DNA from: a plasmid
Reading direction: 5' to 3' (one strand)
Sequence record: NZ_MK262712.1
DNA length: 64,000 nucleotides
The stretch's first letter is position 1. Every line of letters begins with the position of its first letter. The position numbers and the translations under genes were made by a program. Shown in pieces: positions 38,644 to 49,626 of this stretch. The notes beneath the pieces are model-generated. The model had not been told where the DNA came from and did not search any database. It saw nothing but the letters and a program-made list of their open reading frames with translations.

Positions 38644-41605
38644 GTTTTCCGGGCATCCGTAAGGGCCGAAACTTCCCGTCTTCCAGTCTGCGGCTCTGCC
38701 GCCAGACGTAATCGCCGGTTAGGTTGATGTGCTCCCAGCCCAGCGGCGACAGGAATTGCAGCAGCTCGCCGTCCACCGGCTTGCCGGCCTCGACCAACCC
38801 CTGGGTGGCGCGTTCCAGGTACACCGTGTTCCACAGCACGATAGCCGCCGTCACCAGGTTGAGGCCGCTGGCCCGGTAGCGCTGCTGCTCGAAGCTCCGA
38901 TCCCTGATTTCCCCAAGGCGGTTGAAGAACACCGCCCTGGCCAGCGAGTTGCGCGCCTCACCTTTGTTCAGGCCGGCATGCACGCGGCGGCGCAGTTCAA
39001 CACTTTGCAGCCAGTCCAGGATGAACAGCGTGCGCTCGATCCGGCCCAGCTCGCGCAGGGCCACGGCCAGTCCGTTCTGGCGCGGGTAGCTGCCGAGCTT
39101 GCGCAGCATCAGCGAGGCGGTGACGGTGCCCTGCTTGATCGAGCTGGCCAGGCGCAGGATGTCGTCCCAGTGGGCACGCACGTGCTTGATGTTCAGGGTG
39201 CCGCCGATCAGCGGGCGCAACGTCGGGTAGGCTTGCACGCCCTGCGGCACGTACAGCTTGGTTTCGCCGAGGTCGCGGATGCGCGGCGCGAAGCGGAAGC
39301 CTAGCAGGTGCATCAGGGCAAAGACGTGATCGGTGAAGCCGGCCGTGTCGGTGTAGTGCTCCTCGATCCGCAGGTCGGACTCGTGGTACAGCAGGCCGTC
39401 GAGCACATAGGTGGAATCGCGGACGCCGACATTCACCACGCGGGTGCTGAACGGCGCGTACTGGTCGGAGATATGGGTATAGAACAGCCGTCCCGGCTCG
39501 CTACCGTACTTCGGGTTGACGTGCCCGGTGCTCTCGCCCCGGCCACCCGCGCGGAAGCGCTGGCCATCGGAGGATGAGGTCGTGCCGTCGCCCCAGTGGG
39601 CGGCAAAGGCGTGGCGATACTGGTGGTTGACCAGCTCGGCCAAGGCCGCCGAATAGGTTTCGTCGCGGATGTGCCAGGCTTGCAGCCAGGACAGCTTGGC
39701 GTAGGTCAGGCCGGGGCTCGACTCGGCCATCTTGGTCAGCCCGAGGTTGATCGCATCACCGAGGATTGCGGACAGCAGCAACGTCCTGTCTTTGGCCTCG
39801 GCCCCGTCCTTCAAGTGGGTGAAGTGGCGGCTGAAGCCCGTCCAGTCGTCCACGTCCATCAGCAGTTCGGTGATCTTGATGCGCGGCAGTAACTGGCTGG
39901 TTTGGTCGATCAGCGCCTGCGCCCGATCCGGCACCGCCGCATCCAGCGGGGTGATTTTCAGCCCTGACTCGGTGAGGATGGCATCGGGCAGCTCGTTGTC
40001 CTTGGCCAGGCGGGTGACGGTGGCCAACTGCTCGTCCAGCAGCTGCAAACGCTCTTCCAGGTACTGGTCGCTGTTCGGGTTGATCGCCAGGGGCAGGGCC
40101 TGCTCGCGCTTGAGTGCGGCGAACTTCTCGGCCGGCAGCAGGTAGTCGTCGAAGTCGCGGAACTGCCGCGAGCCCTTGACCCAGATGTCGCCGGAGCGCA
40201 GGGCGTTCTTCAGCTCGGACAGGGCGCAGATTTCGTAGAATTTCCGGTCGAGGCCTTCCGGGGTGATCACCAGCGGCTTCCAGCGCGGCTTGATGAAGGC
40301 CGTGGGTGCATCGGCCGGCACCTTGCGCAGGTTGTCGGCGTTCATCTCACGCAGGGTCTGCACGGCTGCCAGCACGCCTTGCGCGGCCGGCGCGGCGCGC
40401 AGTTCCAGCACCTCCAGCAAGGCCGGCGTGTAACGGCGCAGGGTGGCGAAGTTCTCGCCGACCAGGTGCAGGTGGTCGAAGCCTTCCGGCCGGGCCAGCA
40501 GCTCGGCCTCGCTGACGCTCTCGGTGAACTCGTCCCAGGGAATCACCGCCTCGATGGCGGCATAGGGGTCGCTGCCGCTTTCCTTCGCTTCCAGCAGCGC
40601 CTGGCCGATCCTGGAGTACAGGCGCACCTTGTCGTTGATCGCCTTGCCCTGCTTCTGGAACTGCTGCTGATGCTTGTGCTTCGCGCCGCTGAACAGCTTG
40701 ACCAGGATGCGGTCATGCAGATCGACCAGCTCATCGATCACGGTCGCGGTGCTCTCCAGCACCACGGCGGCCAGGGTCGCGTAGCGGCGCTGCGGCTCGA
40801 ACTTACCGAGGTCTTTGGGCGTCATCTGCCCACCCTCGCGGGCCAGCTTGAGCAGGCGGTTCTGGTGGATGTGCCGGCCCAGGCCTTCGGGCAAGTCCAC
40901 CAACTGAAATGTCTTCAGCCGCTCGATGTGTTCCAGCATGTGCCGAGAGTTGGGTTTCAGCGGTGCCTGGCGCAGCCAGGTCAACCAGGTGATGCTGCTG
41001 CCGGCCTTGAGCTTCAACAGCTCGTCCAGCTTGGCCCGATGCGAGTCCGTGAGTGGTTCGACCAGGGCGCGGTAGACCCGCCGATTGGCTCGCGCAATGG
41101 CTTCCGAGCAGGCCCGGTCAATCACGCTCAGCGCCGGCAGGATGCGTCGTTTCTGCCGTAGGCTCTCCAGGGCCTGACCGGCCAGCAGCAAGCCTTTGTC
41201 GGTCTGCTGGGCCAGCTCGGTTAGCTCGCGCACCAGGGCGCGGAAGTCGGACAGGCCGAACGGGGCCAGTTGCAGGTAGGTGCGCAGTTCCTGGGCATGC
41301 TCGCGACGGGTCACGTCGCGCTCGCCGTACTTTGCCCAGCTCGCCGGCTCGGCCTGGACTTGCTTCGCCACCCACAGGATGACCGGCTCGGGCAGCTCGC
41401 TGTCGGTTCCCAGCGCGTAACCGGGGTAGCGCAGCAGGCAGAGCTGCACGGCGAAGCCGAGGCGGTTGGCGTCGCCGCGTCGCTGGCGGATCAGCGACAG
41501 GTCGGAGTCGTTGAAGGTGTAGTAGCGGATCAGGTCATCCTGGCTTTCCGGCAGCGCAAGCAGGGTGTCCCGCTCCGTGGCCGAGAGGATCAAGCGACGC
41601 GGCAT
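38639..41605 (-). CDS. tnpA: Tn3-family transposase TnpA (Tn1721/Tn21 subgroup, 988 aa)
   Basis: 988 aa with N-terminus [33 protein letters not shown] and a conserved C-terminal DDE region. Confidence 0.9.
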   Translation of the reverse strand: MPRRLILSATERDTLLALPESQDDLIRYYTFNDSDLSLIRQRRGDANRLGFAVQLCLLRYPGYALGTDSELPEPVILWVAKQVQAEPASWAKYGERDVTRREHAQELRTYLQLAPFGLSDFRALVRELTELAQQTDKGLLLAGQALESLRQKRRILPALSVIDRACSEAIARANRRVYRALVEPLTDSHRAKLDELLKLKAGSSITWLTWLRQAPLKPNSRHMLEHIERLKTFQLVDLPEGLGRHIHQNRLLKLAREGGQMTPKDLGKFEPQRRYATLAAVVLESTATVIDELVDLHDRILVKLFSGAKHKHQQQFQKQGKAINDKVRLYSRIGQALLEAKESGSDPYAAIEAVIPWDEFTESVSEAELLARPEGFDHLHLVGENFATLRRYTPALLEVLELRAAPAAQGVLAAVQTLREMNADNLRKVPADAPTAFIKPRWKPLVITPEGLDRKFYEICALSELKNALRSGDIWVKGSRQFRDFDDYLLPAEKFAALKREQALPLAINPNSDQYLEERLQLLDEQLATVTRLAKDNELPDAILTESGLKITPLDAAVPDRAQALIDQTSQLLPRIKITELLMDVDDWTGFSRHFTHLKDGAEAKDRTLLLSAILGDAINLGLTKMAESSPGLTYAKLSWLQAWHIRDETYSAALAELVNHQYRHAFAAHWGDGTTSSSDGQRFRAGGRGESTGHVNPKYGSEPGRLFYTHISDQYAPFSTRVVNVGVRDSTYVLDGLLYHESDLRIEEHYTDTAGFTDHVFALMHLLGFRFAPRIRDLGETKLYVPQGVQAYPTLRPLIGGTLNIKHVRAHWDDILRLASSIKQGTVTASLMLRKLGSYPRQNGLAVALRELGRIERTLFILDWLQSVELRRRVHAGLNKGEARNSLARAVFFNRLGEIRDRSFEQQRYRASGLNLVTAAIVLWNTVYLERATQGLVEAGKPVDGELLQFLSPLGWEHINLTGDYVWRQSRRLEDGKFRPLRMPGKP

Positions 41606-41608
41606 GTG

Positions 41609-42169
41609 TCAGTCGTCCGTGCGGAGGTACTGGTAGAGGGTTTCCCGGCTGATGTTGAACTCGCGGGCAAGCTGCGCCTTGGGCTCGCCGGCCGTCGCTC
41701 GCTGCCGCAGGGTAGCAGCCTGCTCATCGGACAGGGCTTTCTTGCGGCCCCGGTACGCGCCACGCTGCTTGGCCAAGGCGATGCCCTCACGCTGCCGCTC
41801 GCGGATCAGGGCGCGCTCGAACTCAGCGAAGGCCCCCATCACCGACAGCATCAGGTTGGCCATCGGCGAGTCCTCGCCAGTGAACACCAGGCCCTCCTTC
41901 AGGAACTCGATGCGCACGCCGCGCTGAGTCAGCTTCTGTACCAAGCGACGCAGGTCATCGAGGTTGCGGGCCAGCCGATCCATGCTGTGCACCACCACTG
42001 TATCGCCTTCGCGGACGAAGCTCAGCAGCGCTTCGAGCTGGGGGCGCTGGGTGTCCTTGCCCGATGCCTTGTCGGTGAACACCTTGCTCACCTGGGTTTG
42101 TTCCAGCTGGCGTTCCGGGTTCTGGTCAAAGCTGCTGACCCGGACGTAGCCGATGCGGTGCCCCTGCAC
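41609..42169 (-). CDS. tnpR: serine resolvase TnpR
   Basis: 186 aa. The MQGHRIGYVRVSSFDQNPERQ catalytic-Ser region plus a C-terminal HTH. Confidence 0.9.
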   Translation of the reverse strand: MQGHRIGYVRVSSFDQNPERQLEQTQVSKVFTDKASGKDTQRPQLEALLSFVREGDTVVVHSMDRLARNLDDLRRLVQKLTQRGVRIEFLKEGLVFTGEDSPMANLMLSVMGAFAEFERALIRERQREGIALAKQRGAYRGRKKALSDEQAATLRQRATAGEPKAQLAREFNISRETLYQYLRTDD

Positions 42170-42344
42170 GATGTCTCCTTGGTTGAAGGCGGCTTAAGTG
42201 CACTTTCTGTTCCGTTGTGCCTCAAAGCCCATTTCTGTCAGGCTGAAATCTATAACCTTCGCGGGCATGTGTCAAAAAATGGGAAAGCAGACTCTATTCT
42301 GACGAAGCGGCGCGGCCCTGCCTGACATCAAGTTAGGGTATGCC
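42170..42344. other. res site region (resolvase binding sites)
   Basis: TGTCAGGCTGAAATCTATAACC...TGTCAAAAAATGG dyads upstream of tnpR. Confidence 0.45.
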
Positions 42345-42703
42345 TCAACCTGACGGCGGCGAATCACAAGCGTCCGGTTTGACGCTGGTTTCGGTCGCAG
42401 TGCTGGCCCGCGCCTGGAAGCGCTGATAGCACTCCAGCCCGCAGAAATGCTCCACGTACTCGGCCCCTTCCGGCGTGAAGGCGGCATCGAGCGGGATTTC
42501 CTTGCAGCACACGCAGCAACTGGTGCTCGGTTCATTGGCGTTCATGGTGGTGTTCCTCCATTGGTTGACGAAGCCGACGAAGGCCGCCGCCGGCATCGGC
42601 CTGGCGAACAGGAAACCCTGCACCGTGTCGCAACCCGCCTGCCGCAACCACGCAAGGCAGTCGGGTGTTTCCACACCCTCGGCTACCACCTCCATTGTCG
42701 TTT
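42345..42703 (-). pseudogene. remnant of urf2/tnpM region (EAL-domain C-terminal fragment + Cys-rich DUF3330-like segment)
   Basis: [36 protein letters not shown] is an EAL C-terminus. The part of the ORF above 42704 reads through the integron IRi and is chimeric. Confidence 0.45.
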
Positions 42704-42728
42704 TCAGAAGACGGCTGCACTGAACGTC
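42704..42728. mobile_element. class 1 integron IRi (25-bp inverted repeat)
   Basis: TGTCGTTTTCAGAAGACGGCTGCAC read directly. Confidence 0.7.
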
Positions 42729-42897
42729 AGAAGCCGACTGCACTATAGCAGCGGAGGGGTTGGATCCATCAGGCAACGACGGGCTGCTGCCGGCCATCAG
42801 CGGACGCAGGGAGGACTTTCCGCAACCGGCCGTTCGATGCGGCACCGATGGCCTTCGCGCAGGGGTAGTGAATCCGCCAGGATTGACTTGCGCTGCC

Positions 42898-43911
42898 CTA
42901 CCTCTCACTAGTGAGGGGCGGCAGCGCATCAAGCGGTGAGCGCACTCCGGCACCGCCAACTTTCAGCACATGCGTGTAAATCATCGTCGTAGAGACGTCG
43001 GAATGGCCGAGCAGATCCTGCACGGTTCGAATGTCGTAACCGCTGCGGAGCAAGGCCGTCGCGAACGAGTGGCGGAGGGTGTGCGGTGTGGCGGGCTTCG
43101 TGATGCCTGCTTGTTCTACGGCACGTTTGAAGGCGCGCTGAAAGGTCTGGTCATACATGTGATGGCGACGCACGACACCGCTCCGTGGATCGGTCGAATG
43201 CGTGTGCTGCGCAAAAACCCAGAACCACGGCCAGGAATGCCCGGCGCGCGGATACTTCCGCTCAAGGGCGTCGGGAAGCGCAACGCCGCTGCGGCCCTCG
43301 GCCTGGTCCTTCAGCCACCATGCCCGTGCACGCGACAGCTGCTCGCGCAGGCTGGGTGCCAAGCTCTCGGGTAACATCAAGGCCCGATCCTTGGAGCCCT
43401 TGCCCTCCCGCACGATGATCGTGCCGTGATCGAAATCCAGATCCTTGACCCGCAGTTGCAAACCCTCACTGATCCGCATGCCCGTTCCATACAGAAGCTG
43501 GGCGAACAAACGATGCTCGCCTTCCAGAAAACCGAGGATGCGAACCACTTCATCCGGGGTCAGCACCACCGGCAAGCGCCGCGACGGCCGAGGTCTTCCG
43601 ATCTCCTGAAGCCAGGGCAGATCCGTGCACAGCACCTTGCCGTAGAAGAACAGCAAGGCCGCCAATGCCTGACGATGCGTGGAGACCGAAACCTTGCGCT
43701 CGTTCGCCAGCCAGGACAGAAATGCCTCGACTTCGCTGCTGCCCAAGGTTGCCGGGTGACGCACACCGTGGAAACGGATGAAGGCACGAACCCAGTGGAC
43801 ATAAGCCTGTTCGGTTCGTAAACTGTAATGCAAGTAGCGTATGCGCTCACGCAACTGGTCCAGAACCTTGACCGAACGCAGCGGTGGTAACGGCGCAGTG
43901 GCGGTTTTCAT
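42898..43911 (-). CDS. intI1: class 1 integron integrase IntI1
   Basis: 337 aa. [49 protein letters not shown]... Confidence 0.9.
43788..43816 (+). promoter_or_regulatory. integron cassette promoter Pc (TGGACA-N17-TAAACT, PcH1-type)
   Basis: -35 TGGACA at 43788-43793, 17-nt spacer, -10 TAAACT at 43811-43816. Located inside intI1 and facing the cassettes. Confidence 0.6.
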
Positions 43912-43979
43912 GGCTTGTTATGACTGTTTTTTTGTACAGTCTATGCCTCGAGCATCCAAGCAGCAAGCGCGTTACGCCG

Positions 43980-44050
43980 TGGGTCGATGTTTGATGTTAT
44001 GGAGCAGCAACGATGTTACGCAGCAGGGCAGTCGCCCTAAAACAAAGTTG
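43980..44050 (+). other. attI1 recombination site
   Basis: ...CAGCAACGATGTTACGCAGCAGGGCAGTCGCCCTAAAACAAAG|TT. Confidence 0.5.
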
Positions 44051-44077
44051 TACGTAGAACTCGAAGGCAATTTAAGT

Positions 44078-44920
44078 ATGAAAGAAAAGGTAGTTGTTGA
44101 TAAAGCGATTTCACTCTATACCGAATCATTCGGCGACCCGGCCCATGAACCCATTATTCTGATCATGGGGGCAATGTCGTCTGCGGTGTGGTGGCCTGAT
44201 GAGTTTTGTTCCCAACTTGCCAAAATGGGTCGCTATGTGATCCGGTACGACCACCGTGATACCGGGAAATCAACAAGCTATGAGCCAGGTCAGGCTCCAT
44301 ATTCCGTTGAAGAATTAGCAGATGATGTGGTTCGCGTCATTGATGGTTATGGTCTGGAAGCTGCTCATTTAGTCGGCATGTCTTTGGGGGGATTTCTTTC
44401 CCAGCTTGTAGCTCTCAAGTATCCGAAACGTGTGAAGAGCTTGACGCTGATTGCTTCAGAACGGCTTGCAGATGCAGATCCGGATATGCCCGCTTTTGAT
44501 CCTGCCATCATTGAGTATCACCAACGGGCGGAATCGCTGGATTGGTCTGATAGAGATGCTGTCGTCGCGTATCAGGTCGGAGCGTGGCGAATCAACTCAG
44601 GTACTGCGCATGCTTTTGACGCTGAGAAGATACAAAACATCGCTGAGTTAAATTTTGATCGCACTCCGAATATCCTGACAACATTCAACCACACTACTTT
44701 AGGTGGTGGCGAGAGATGGCTCGGGAGATTAAATGAGATAGCTGTACCAACTTTGATCATTCACGGCACGGAGGATCCTGTACTTCCTTATGTGCATGGG
44801 TTGGCACTGAAAGATGCGATTCGTGGTTCAAAAATGCTGACACTCGAAGGCACGGGACATGAGTTGCATCATGAAGACTGGCCGAGGATTATCCAGGCGA
44901 TTAAGGGGCAAACGTCATAG
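44078..44920 (+). CDS. estX: estX cassette (alpha/beta-hydrolase, putative esterase)
   Basis: [35 protein letters not shown]...GMSLGG nucleophile elbow. First cassette of the estX-psp-aadA2-cmlA1-aadA1-qacH array. Confidence 0.7.
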   Translation: MKEKVVVDKAISLYTESFGDPAHEPIILIMGAMSSAVWWPDEFCSQLAKMGRYVIRYDHRDTGKSTSYEPGQAPYSVEELADDVVRVIDGYGLEAAHLVGMSLGGFLSQLVALKYPKRVKSLTLIASERLADADPDMPAFDPAIIEYHQRAESLDWSDRDAVVAYQVGAWRINSGTAHAFDAEKIQNIAELNFDRTPNILTTFNHTTLGGGERWLGRLNEIAVPTLIIHGTEDPVLPYVHGLALKDAIRGSKMLTLEGTGHELHHEDWPRIIQAIKGQTS

Positions 44921-45015
44921 CTATCGGTTGCACCGTACAACAAGTTGCTGCACCGGAAAAATTACTCGCTGCGCTCGCAATTTTCCGGTGAGCAAGGCGT
45001 TAGCGCCCACAACGC

Positions 45016-45624
45016 ATGTCTCTCGCACTCTTTGACTTCGATGGCACAATTACCACTCGCGAGACGATGCCGGATTTTGTGCGGCGGTCCGTGAGCCGAC
45101 GTCGACTGCTTGTGGGACAACTGCTTCTGGCGCCGCTCGTGCTTGGGTATAAGATTGGGATCTTGTCTGGCACCCTGATCCGTCGCGTCATCGTTCGCTT
45201 CGCTTACAGCGGCATCCCGGCCTCGGTCCTGGAGGCCCAAGGTCGTGACTTCGCTCAGAGCTACCTGCCCAATACCCTCCGCGGCGAGGCAATGCAGCGC
45301 ATCGCATGGCACAAAGCGCAGGGGCACAAGGTTGTCGTTGTTTCCGGCGGACTTGAGGCTTACTTGGAGCCGTGGTGCGACTCGCACGGCGTTGAGCTCA
45401 TCTGTTCTTCCTTGCAACAGTCGGACGGAATCCTAACGGGCCGCTATGAAGGGCGGCAGTGCGTCTTGACGGAGAAGGCTCGCTTGGTCCGTGAGCGCTA
45501 CGACCTGGCGACATATCCGACCATCTACGCGTACGGAGACACGCCGGAGGACCTGGATATGCTGGCCATTGCTACTAAGCAGTACTATCAGTGGCAAGAG
45601 GTTGGCGTCGCAGGTGGGCGCTAA
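45016..45624 (+). CDS. psp: psp cassette (HAD phosphoserine-phosphatase-like)
   Basis: LFDFDGTIT HAD motif. Followed by an attC. Confidence 0.7.
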   Translation: MSLALFDFDGTITTRETMPDFVRRSVSRRRLLVGQLLLAPLVLGYKIGILSGTLIRRVIVRFAYSGIPASVLEAQGRDFAQSYLPNTLRGEAMQRIAWHKAQGHKVVVVSGGLEAYLEPWCDSHGVELICSSLQQSDGILTGRYEGRQCVLTEKARLVRERYDLATYPTIYAYGDTPEDLDMLAIATKQYYQWQEVGVAGGR

Positions 45625-45681
45625 CAAGTCATTCAAGCCGACGCCGCTTCGCGGCGCGGCTTAATTCTGGTGTTAGACATC

Positions 45682-46473
45682 ATGAGGGTAGCGGTGACCA
45701 TCGAAATTTCGAACCAACTATCAGAGGTGCTAAGCGTCATTGAGCGCCATCTGGAATCAACGTTGCTGGCCGTGCATTTGTACGGCTCCGCAGTGGATGG
45801 CGGCCTGAAGCCATACAGCGATATTGATTTGTTGGTTACTGTGGCCGTAAAGCTTGATGAAACGACGCGGCGAGCATTGCTCAATGACCTTATGGAGGCT
45901 TCGGCTTTCCCTGGCGAGAGCGAGACGCTCCGCGCTATAGAAGTCACCCTTGTCGTGCATGACGACATCATCCCGTGGCGTTATCCGGCTAAGCGCGAGC
46001 TGCAATTTGGAGAATGGCAGCGCAATGACATTCTTGCGGGTATCTTCGAGCCAGCCATGATCGACATTGATCTAGCTATCCTGCTTACAAAAGCAAGAGA
46101 ACATAGCGTTGCCTTGGTAGGTCCGGCAGCGGAGGAATTCTTTGACCCGGTTCCTGAACAGGATCTATTCGAGGCGCTGAGGGAAACCTTGAAGCTATGG
46201 AACTCGCAGCCCGACTGGGCCGGCGATGAGCGAAATGTAGTGCTTACGTTGTCCCGCATTTGGTACAGCGCAATAACCGGCAAAATCGCGCCGAAGGATG
46301 TCGCTGCCGACTGGGCAATAAAACGCCTACCTGCCCAGTATCAGCCCGTCTTACTTGAAGCTAAGCAAGCTTATCTGGGACAAAAAGAAGATCACTTGGC
46401 CTCACGCGCAGATCACTTGGAAGAATTTATTCGCTTTGTGAAAGGCGAGATCATCAAGTCAGTTGGTAAATGA
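45682..46473 (+). CDS. aadA2: aminoglycoside (3'')(9) adenylyltransferase AadA2
   Basis: MRVAVTIEISNQLSEVLSVIERHLESTLLAVHLYGSAVDGGLKPYSDIDLL... Confidence 0.85.
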   Translation: MRVAVTIEISNQLSEVLSVIERHLESTLLAVHLYGSAVDGGLKPYSDIDLLVTVAVKLDETTRRALLNDLMEASAFPGESETLRAIEVTLVVHDDIIPWRYPAKRELQFGEWQRNDILAGIFEPAMIDIDLAILLTKAREHSVALVGPAAEEFFDPVPEQDLFEALRETLKLWNSQPDWAGDERNVVLTLSRIWYSAITGKIAPKDVAADWAIKRLPAQYQPVLLEAKQAYLGQKEDHLASRADHLEEFIRFVKGEIIKSVGK

Positions 46474-46534
46474 TGTCTAACAATTCGTTCAAGCCGACCG
46501 CGCTACGCGCGGCGGCTTAACTCCGGCGTTGGGC
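46474..46534 (+). other. aadA2 attC (59-be)
   Basis: gtctaacaattcgttcaagccgaccgcgctacgcgcggcggcttaactccggcgtt. Confidence 0.6.
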
Positions 46535-46605
46535 GCACAATAAGGCTCCTTGCAGAGTTGCTTGAAAGTTGTTACGATTCAAATTCAATCATGAGATAGT
46601 CAGCA

Positions 46606-46635
46606 GATGAGCACTTCCAAGAACGCAGACAAGTA
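46606..46635 (+). CDS. cmlA translational-attenuation leader peptide (MSTSKNADK)
   Basis: A 9-codon ORF ATGAGCACTTCCAAGAACGCAGACAAGTAA about 100 nt upstream of cmlA1. Confidence 0.7.
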
Positions 46636-46734
46636 AGCCGCAGCAACCTTCATTTTTCGGTTGTTGCGGCGTTCTCATGAATCCTTTTGCTCTACGGGAG
46701 CGCCGCCAAATCCTTTGTTCAAGGAGATGGTTTC

Positions 46735-47994
46735 GTGAGCTCAAAAAACTTTAGTTGGCGGTACTCCCTTGCCGCCACGGTGTTGTTGTTATCACCGTTC
46801 GATTTATTGGCATCACTCGGCATGGACATGTACTTGCCAGCAGTGCCGTTTATGCCAAACGCGCTTGGTACGACAGCGAGCACAATTCAGCTTACGCTGA
46901 CAACGTACTTGGTCATGATTGGTGCCGGTCAGCTCTTGTTTGGACCGCTATCGGACCGACTGGGGCGCCGCCCCGTTCTACTGGGAGGTGGCCTCGCCTA
47001 CGTTGTGGCGTCAATGGGCCTCGCTCTTACGTCATCGGCTGAAGTCTTTCTGGGGCTTCGGATTCTTCAGGCTTGTGGTGCCTCGGCGTGCCTTGTTTCC
47101 ACATTTGCAACAGTACGTGACATTTACGCAGGTCGCGAGGAAAGTAATGTCATTTACGGCATACTCGGATCCATGCTGGCCATGGTCCCGGCGGTAGGCC
47201 CATTGCTCGGAGCGCTCGTCGACATGTGGCTTGGGTGGCGGGCTATCTTTGCGTTTCTAGGTTTGGGCATGATCGCTGCATCTGCAGCAGCGTGGCGATT
47301 CTGGCCTGAAACCCGGGTGCAACGAGTTGCGGGCTTGCAATGGTCGCAGCTGCTACTCCCCGTTAAGTGCCTGAACTTCTGGTTGTACACGTTGTGTTAC
47401 GCCGCTGGAATGGGTAGCTTCTTCGTCTTTTTCTCCATTGCGCCCGGACTAATGATGGGCAGGCAAGGTGTGTCTCAGCTTGGCTTCAGCCTGCTGTTCG
47501 CCACAGTGGCAATTGCCATGGTGTTTACGGCTCGTTTTATGGGGCGTGTGATACCCAAGTGGGGCAGCCCAAGTGTCTTGCGAATGGGAATGGGATGCCT
47601 GATAGCTGGAGCAGTATTGCTTGCCATCACCGAAATATGGGCTTTGCAGTCCGTGTTAGGCTTTATTGCTCCAATGTGGCTAGTGGGTATTGGTGTCGCC
47701 ACAGCGGTATCTGTGGCGCCCAATGGCGCTCTTCGAGGATTCGACCATGTTGCTGGAACGGTCACGGCAGTCTACTTCTGCTTGGGCGGTGTACTGCTAG
47801 GAAGCATCGGAACGTTGATCATTTCGCTGTTGCCGCGCAACACGGCTTGGCCGGTTGTCGTGTACTGTTTGACCCTTGCAACAGTCGTGCTCGGTCTGTC
47901 TTGTGTTTCCCGAGTGAAGGGCTCTCGCGGCCAGGGGGAGCATGATGTGGTCGCGCTACAAAGTGCGGAAAGTACATCAAATCCCAATCGTTGA
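46735..47994 (+). CDS. cmlA1: chloramphenicol efflux MFS transporter CmlA1
   Basis: GTG start (VSSKNFSWRYSLAATVLLLSPFDLLASLGMDMYLPAVPFMP...). 419 aa, 12-TM MFS. Confidence 0.85.
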   Translation: MSSKNFSWRYSLAATVLLLSPFDLLASLGMDMYLPAVPFMPNALGTTASTIQLTLTTYLVMIGAGQLLFGPLSDRLGRRPVLLGGGLAYVVASMGLALTSSAEVFLGLRILQACGASACLVSTFATVRDIYAGREESNVIYGILGSMLAMVPAVGPLLGALVDMWLGWRAIFAFLGLGMIAASAAAWRFWPETRVQRVAGLQWSQLLLPVKCLNFWLYTLCYAAGMGSFFVFFSIAPGLMMGRQGVSQLGFSLLFATVAIAMVFTARFMGRVIPKWGSPSVLRMGMGCLIAGAVLLAITEIWALQSVLGFIAPMWLVGIGVATAVSVAPNGALRGFDHVAGTVTAVYFCLGGVLLGSIGTLIISLLPRNTAWPVVVYCLTLATVVLGLSCVSRVKGSRGQGEHDVVALQSAESTSNPNR

Positions 47995-48086
47995 GAGAAT
48001 GTGGCAAGCTATCGCCCAACAAATCGCTGCAGCCGACCCAAAACCGCTACGCGGTTTCGGTCGGCTGAGCTCAGGCGTTAAACATC

Positions 48087-48878
48087 ATGAGGGAAGCGGT
48101 GATCGCCGAAGTATCGACTCAACTATCAGAGGTAGTTGGCGTCATCGAGCGCCATCTCGAACCGACGTTGCTGGCCGTACATTTGTACGGCTCCGCAGTG
48201 GATGGCGGCCTGAAGCCACACAGTGATATTGATTTGCTGGTTACGGTGACCGTAAGGCTTGATGAAACAACGCGGCGAGCTTTGATCAACGACCTTTTGG
48301 AAACTTCGGCTTCCCCTGGAGAGAGCGAGATTCTCCGCGCTGTAGAAGTCACCATTGTTGTGCACGACGACATCATTCCGTGGCGTTATCCAGCTAAGCG
48401 CGAACTGCAATTTGGAGAATGGCAGCGCAATGACATTCTTGCAGGTATCTTCGAGCCAGCCACGATCGACATTGATCTGGCTATCTTGCTGACAAAAGCA
48501 AGAGAACATAGCGTTGCCTTGGTAGGTCCAGCGGCGGAGGAACTCTTTGATCCGGTTCCTGAACAGGATCTATTTGAGGCGCTAAATGAAACCTTAACGC
48601 TATGGAACTCGCCGCCCGACTGGGCTGGCGATGAGCGAAATGTAGTGCTTACGTTGTCCCGCATTTGGTACAGCGCAGTAACCGGCAAAATCGCGCCGAA
48701 GGATGTCGCTGCCGACTGGGCAATGGAGCGCCTGCCGGCCCAGTATCAGCCCGTCATACTTGAAGCTAGACAGGCTTATCTTGGACAAGAAGAAGATCGC
48801 TTGGCCTCCCGCGCAGATCAGTTGGAAGAATTTGTTCACTACGTGAAAGGCGAGATCACCAAGGTAGTCGGCAAATAA
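48087..48878 (+). CDS. aadA1: aminoglycoside adenylyltransferase AadA1
   Basis: MREAVIAEVSTQLSEVVGVIERHLEPTLLAVHLYGSAVDGGLKPHSDIDLL... 263 aa. Confidence 0.85.
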   Translation: MREAVIAEVSTQLSEVVGVIERHLEPTLLAVHLYGSAVDGGLKPHSDIDLLVTVTVRLDETTRRALINDLLETSASPGESEILRAVEVTIVVHDDIIPWRYPAKRELQFGEWQRNDILAGIFEPATIDIDLAILLTKAREHSVALVGPAAEELFDPVPEQDLFEALNETLTLWNSPPDWAGDERNVVLTLSRIWYSAVTGKIAPKDVAADWAMERLPAQYQPVILEARQAYLGQEEDRLASRADQLEEFVHYVKGEITKVVGK

Positions 48879-48938
48879 TGTCTAACAATTCGTTCAAGCC
48901 GACGCCGCTTCGCGGCGCGGCTTAACTCAAGCGTTAGA
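48879..48938 (+). other. aadA1 attC
   Basis: tgtctaacaattcgttcaagccgacgccgcttcgcggcgcggcttaactcaagcgttagat. Confidence 0.6.
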
Positions 48939-49047
48939 TGCCAGATTTGGCGTTGCGTATGCTCACAGAAAATCGACAGCCGCAAGACTGTTTTTGGCAA
49001 CTCATAGCCACCACTATTTATCCTTCATACCGTAGAGGAGATTGCAC

Positions 49048-49380
49048 GTGAAGAACTGGCTCTTTCTGGCTATTGCAATATTTGGTGAGGTCGTCGCAAC
49101 TTCCGCACTGAAGTCCAGCCATGGATTCACCAAGTTAGTTCCTTCTGTTGTAGTTGTGGCTGGCTACGGGCTTGCGTTCTATTTCCTCTCTCTCGCACTC
49201 AAGTCCATCCCGGTCGGCATTGCTTATGCTGTTTGGGCTGGCCTCGGCATCGTACTTGTGGCAGCTATCGCTTGGATCTTCCATGGCCAGAAACTAGACT
49301 TGTGGGCGTTCGTTGGCATGGGACTTATCGTTAGTGGCGTCGCCGTTCTAAATCTGCTATCCAAGGTCAGCGCACATTGA
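49048..49380 (+). CDS. qacH: SMR quaternary-ammonium efflux protein QacH
   Basis: 110 aa four-TM SMR protein ([22 protein letters not shown]...). GTG start. Followed by an attC at 49381-49445. Confidence 0.75.
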   Translation: MKNWLFLAIAIFGEVVATSALKSSHGFTKLVPSVVVVAGYGLAFYFLSLALKSIPVGIAYAVWAGLGIVLVAAIAWIFHGQKLDLWAFVGMGLIVSGVAVLNLLSKVSAH

Positions 49381-49626
49381 TCGGGCTGGCATCTAACAGT
49401 TCATTCAAGCCGACGCCGCTTCGCGGCGCGGCTTAATTCAGGTGTTAGTCGGACGCCTACGGCGCCGAGGAAAAAAGAAACCAAACCATTCTTGCTGCCA
49501 AAGAGAAAAACCCCTTACGGTGGCGTACTGGGAAAGTGCGTATCTACGACGCCTTGCCGGTCTCAATGTCATGCCGTCCTCTTTCGAAGGCTGCTTGATG
49601 CAAACCTCTCAAAAATCTGGCATAAA

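Noticed and set aside
38729-41382. Many 60-260 aa ORFs on the plus strand inside tnpA (e.g. 38729..39304, 40379..41161, 41053..41382)
   Set aside because: They are high-GC shadow ORFs antisense to the 988-aa transposase and have no independent signals.
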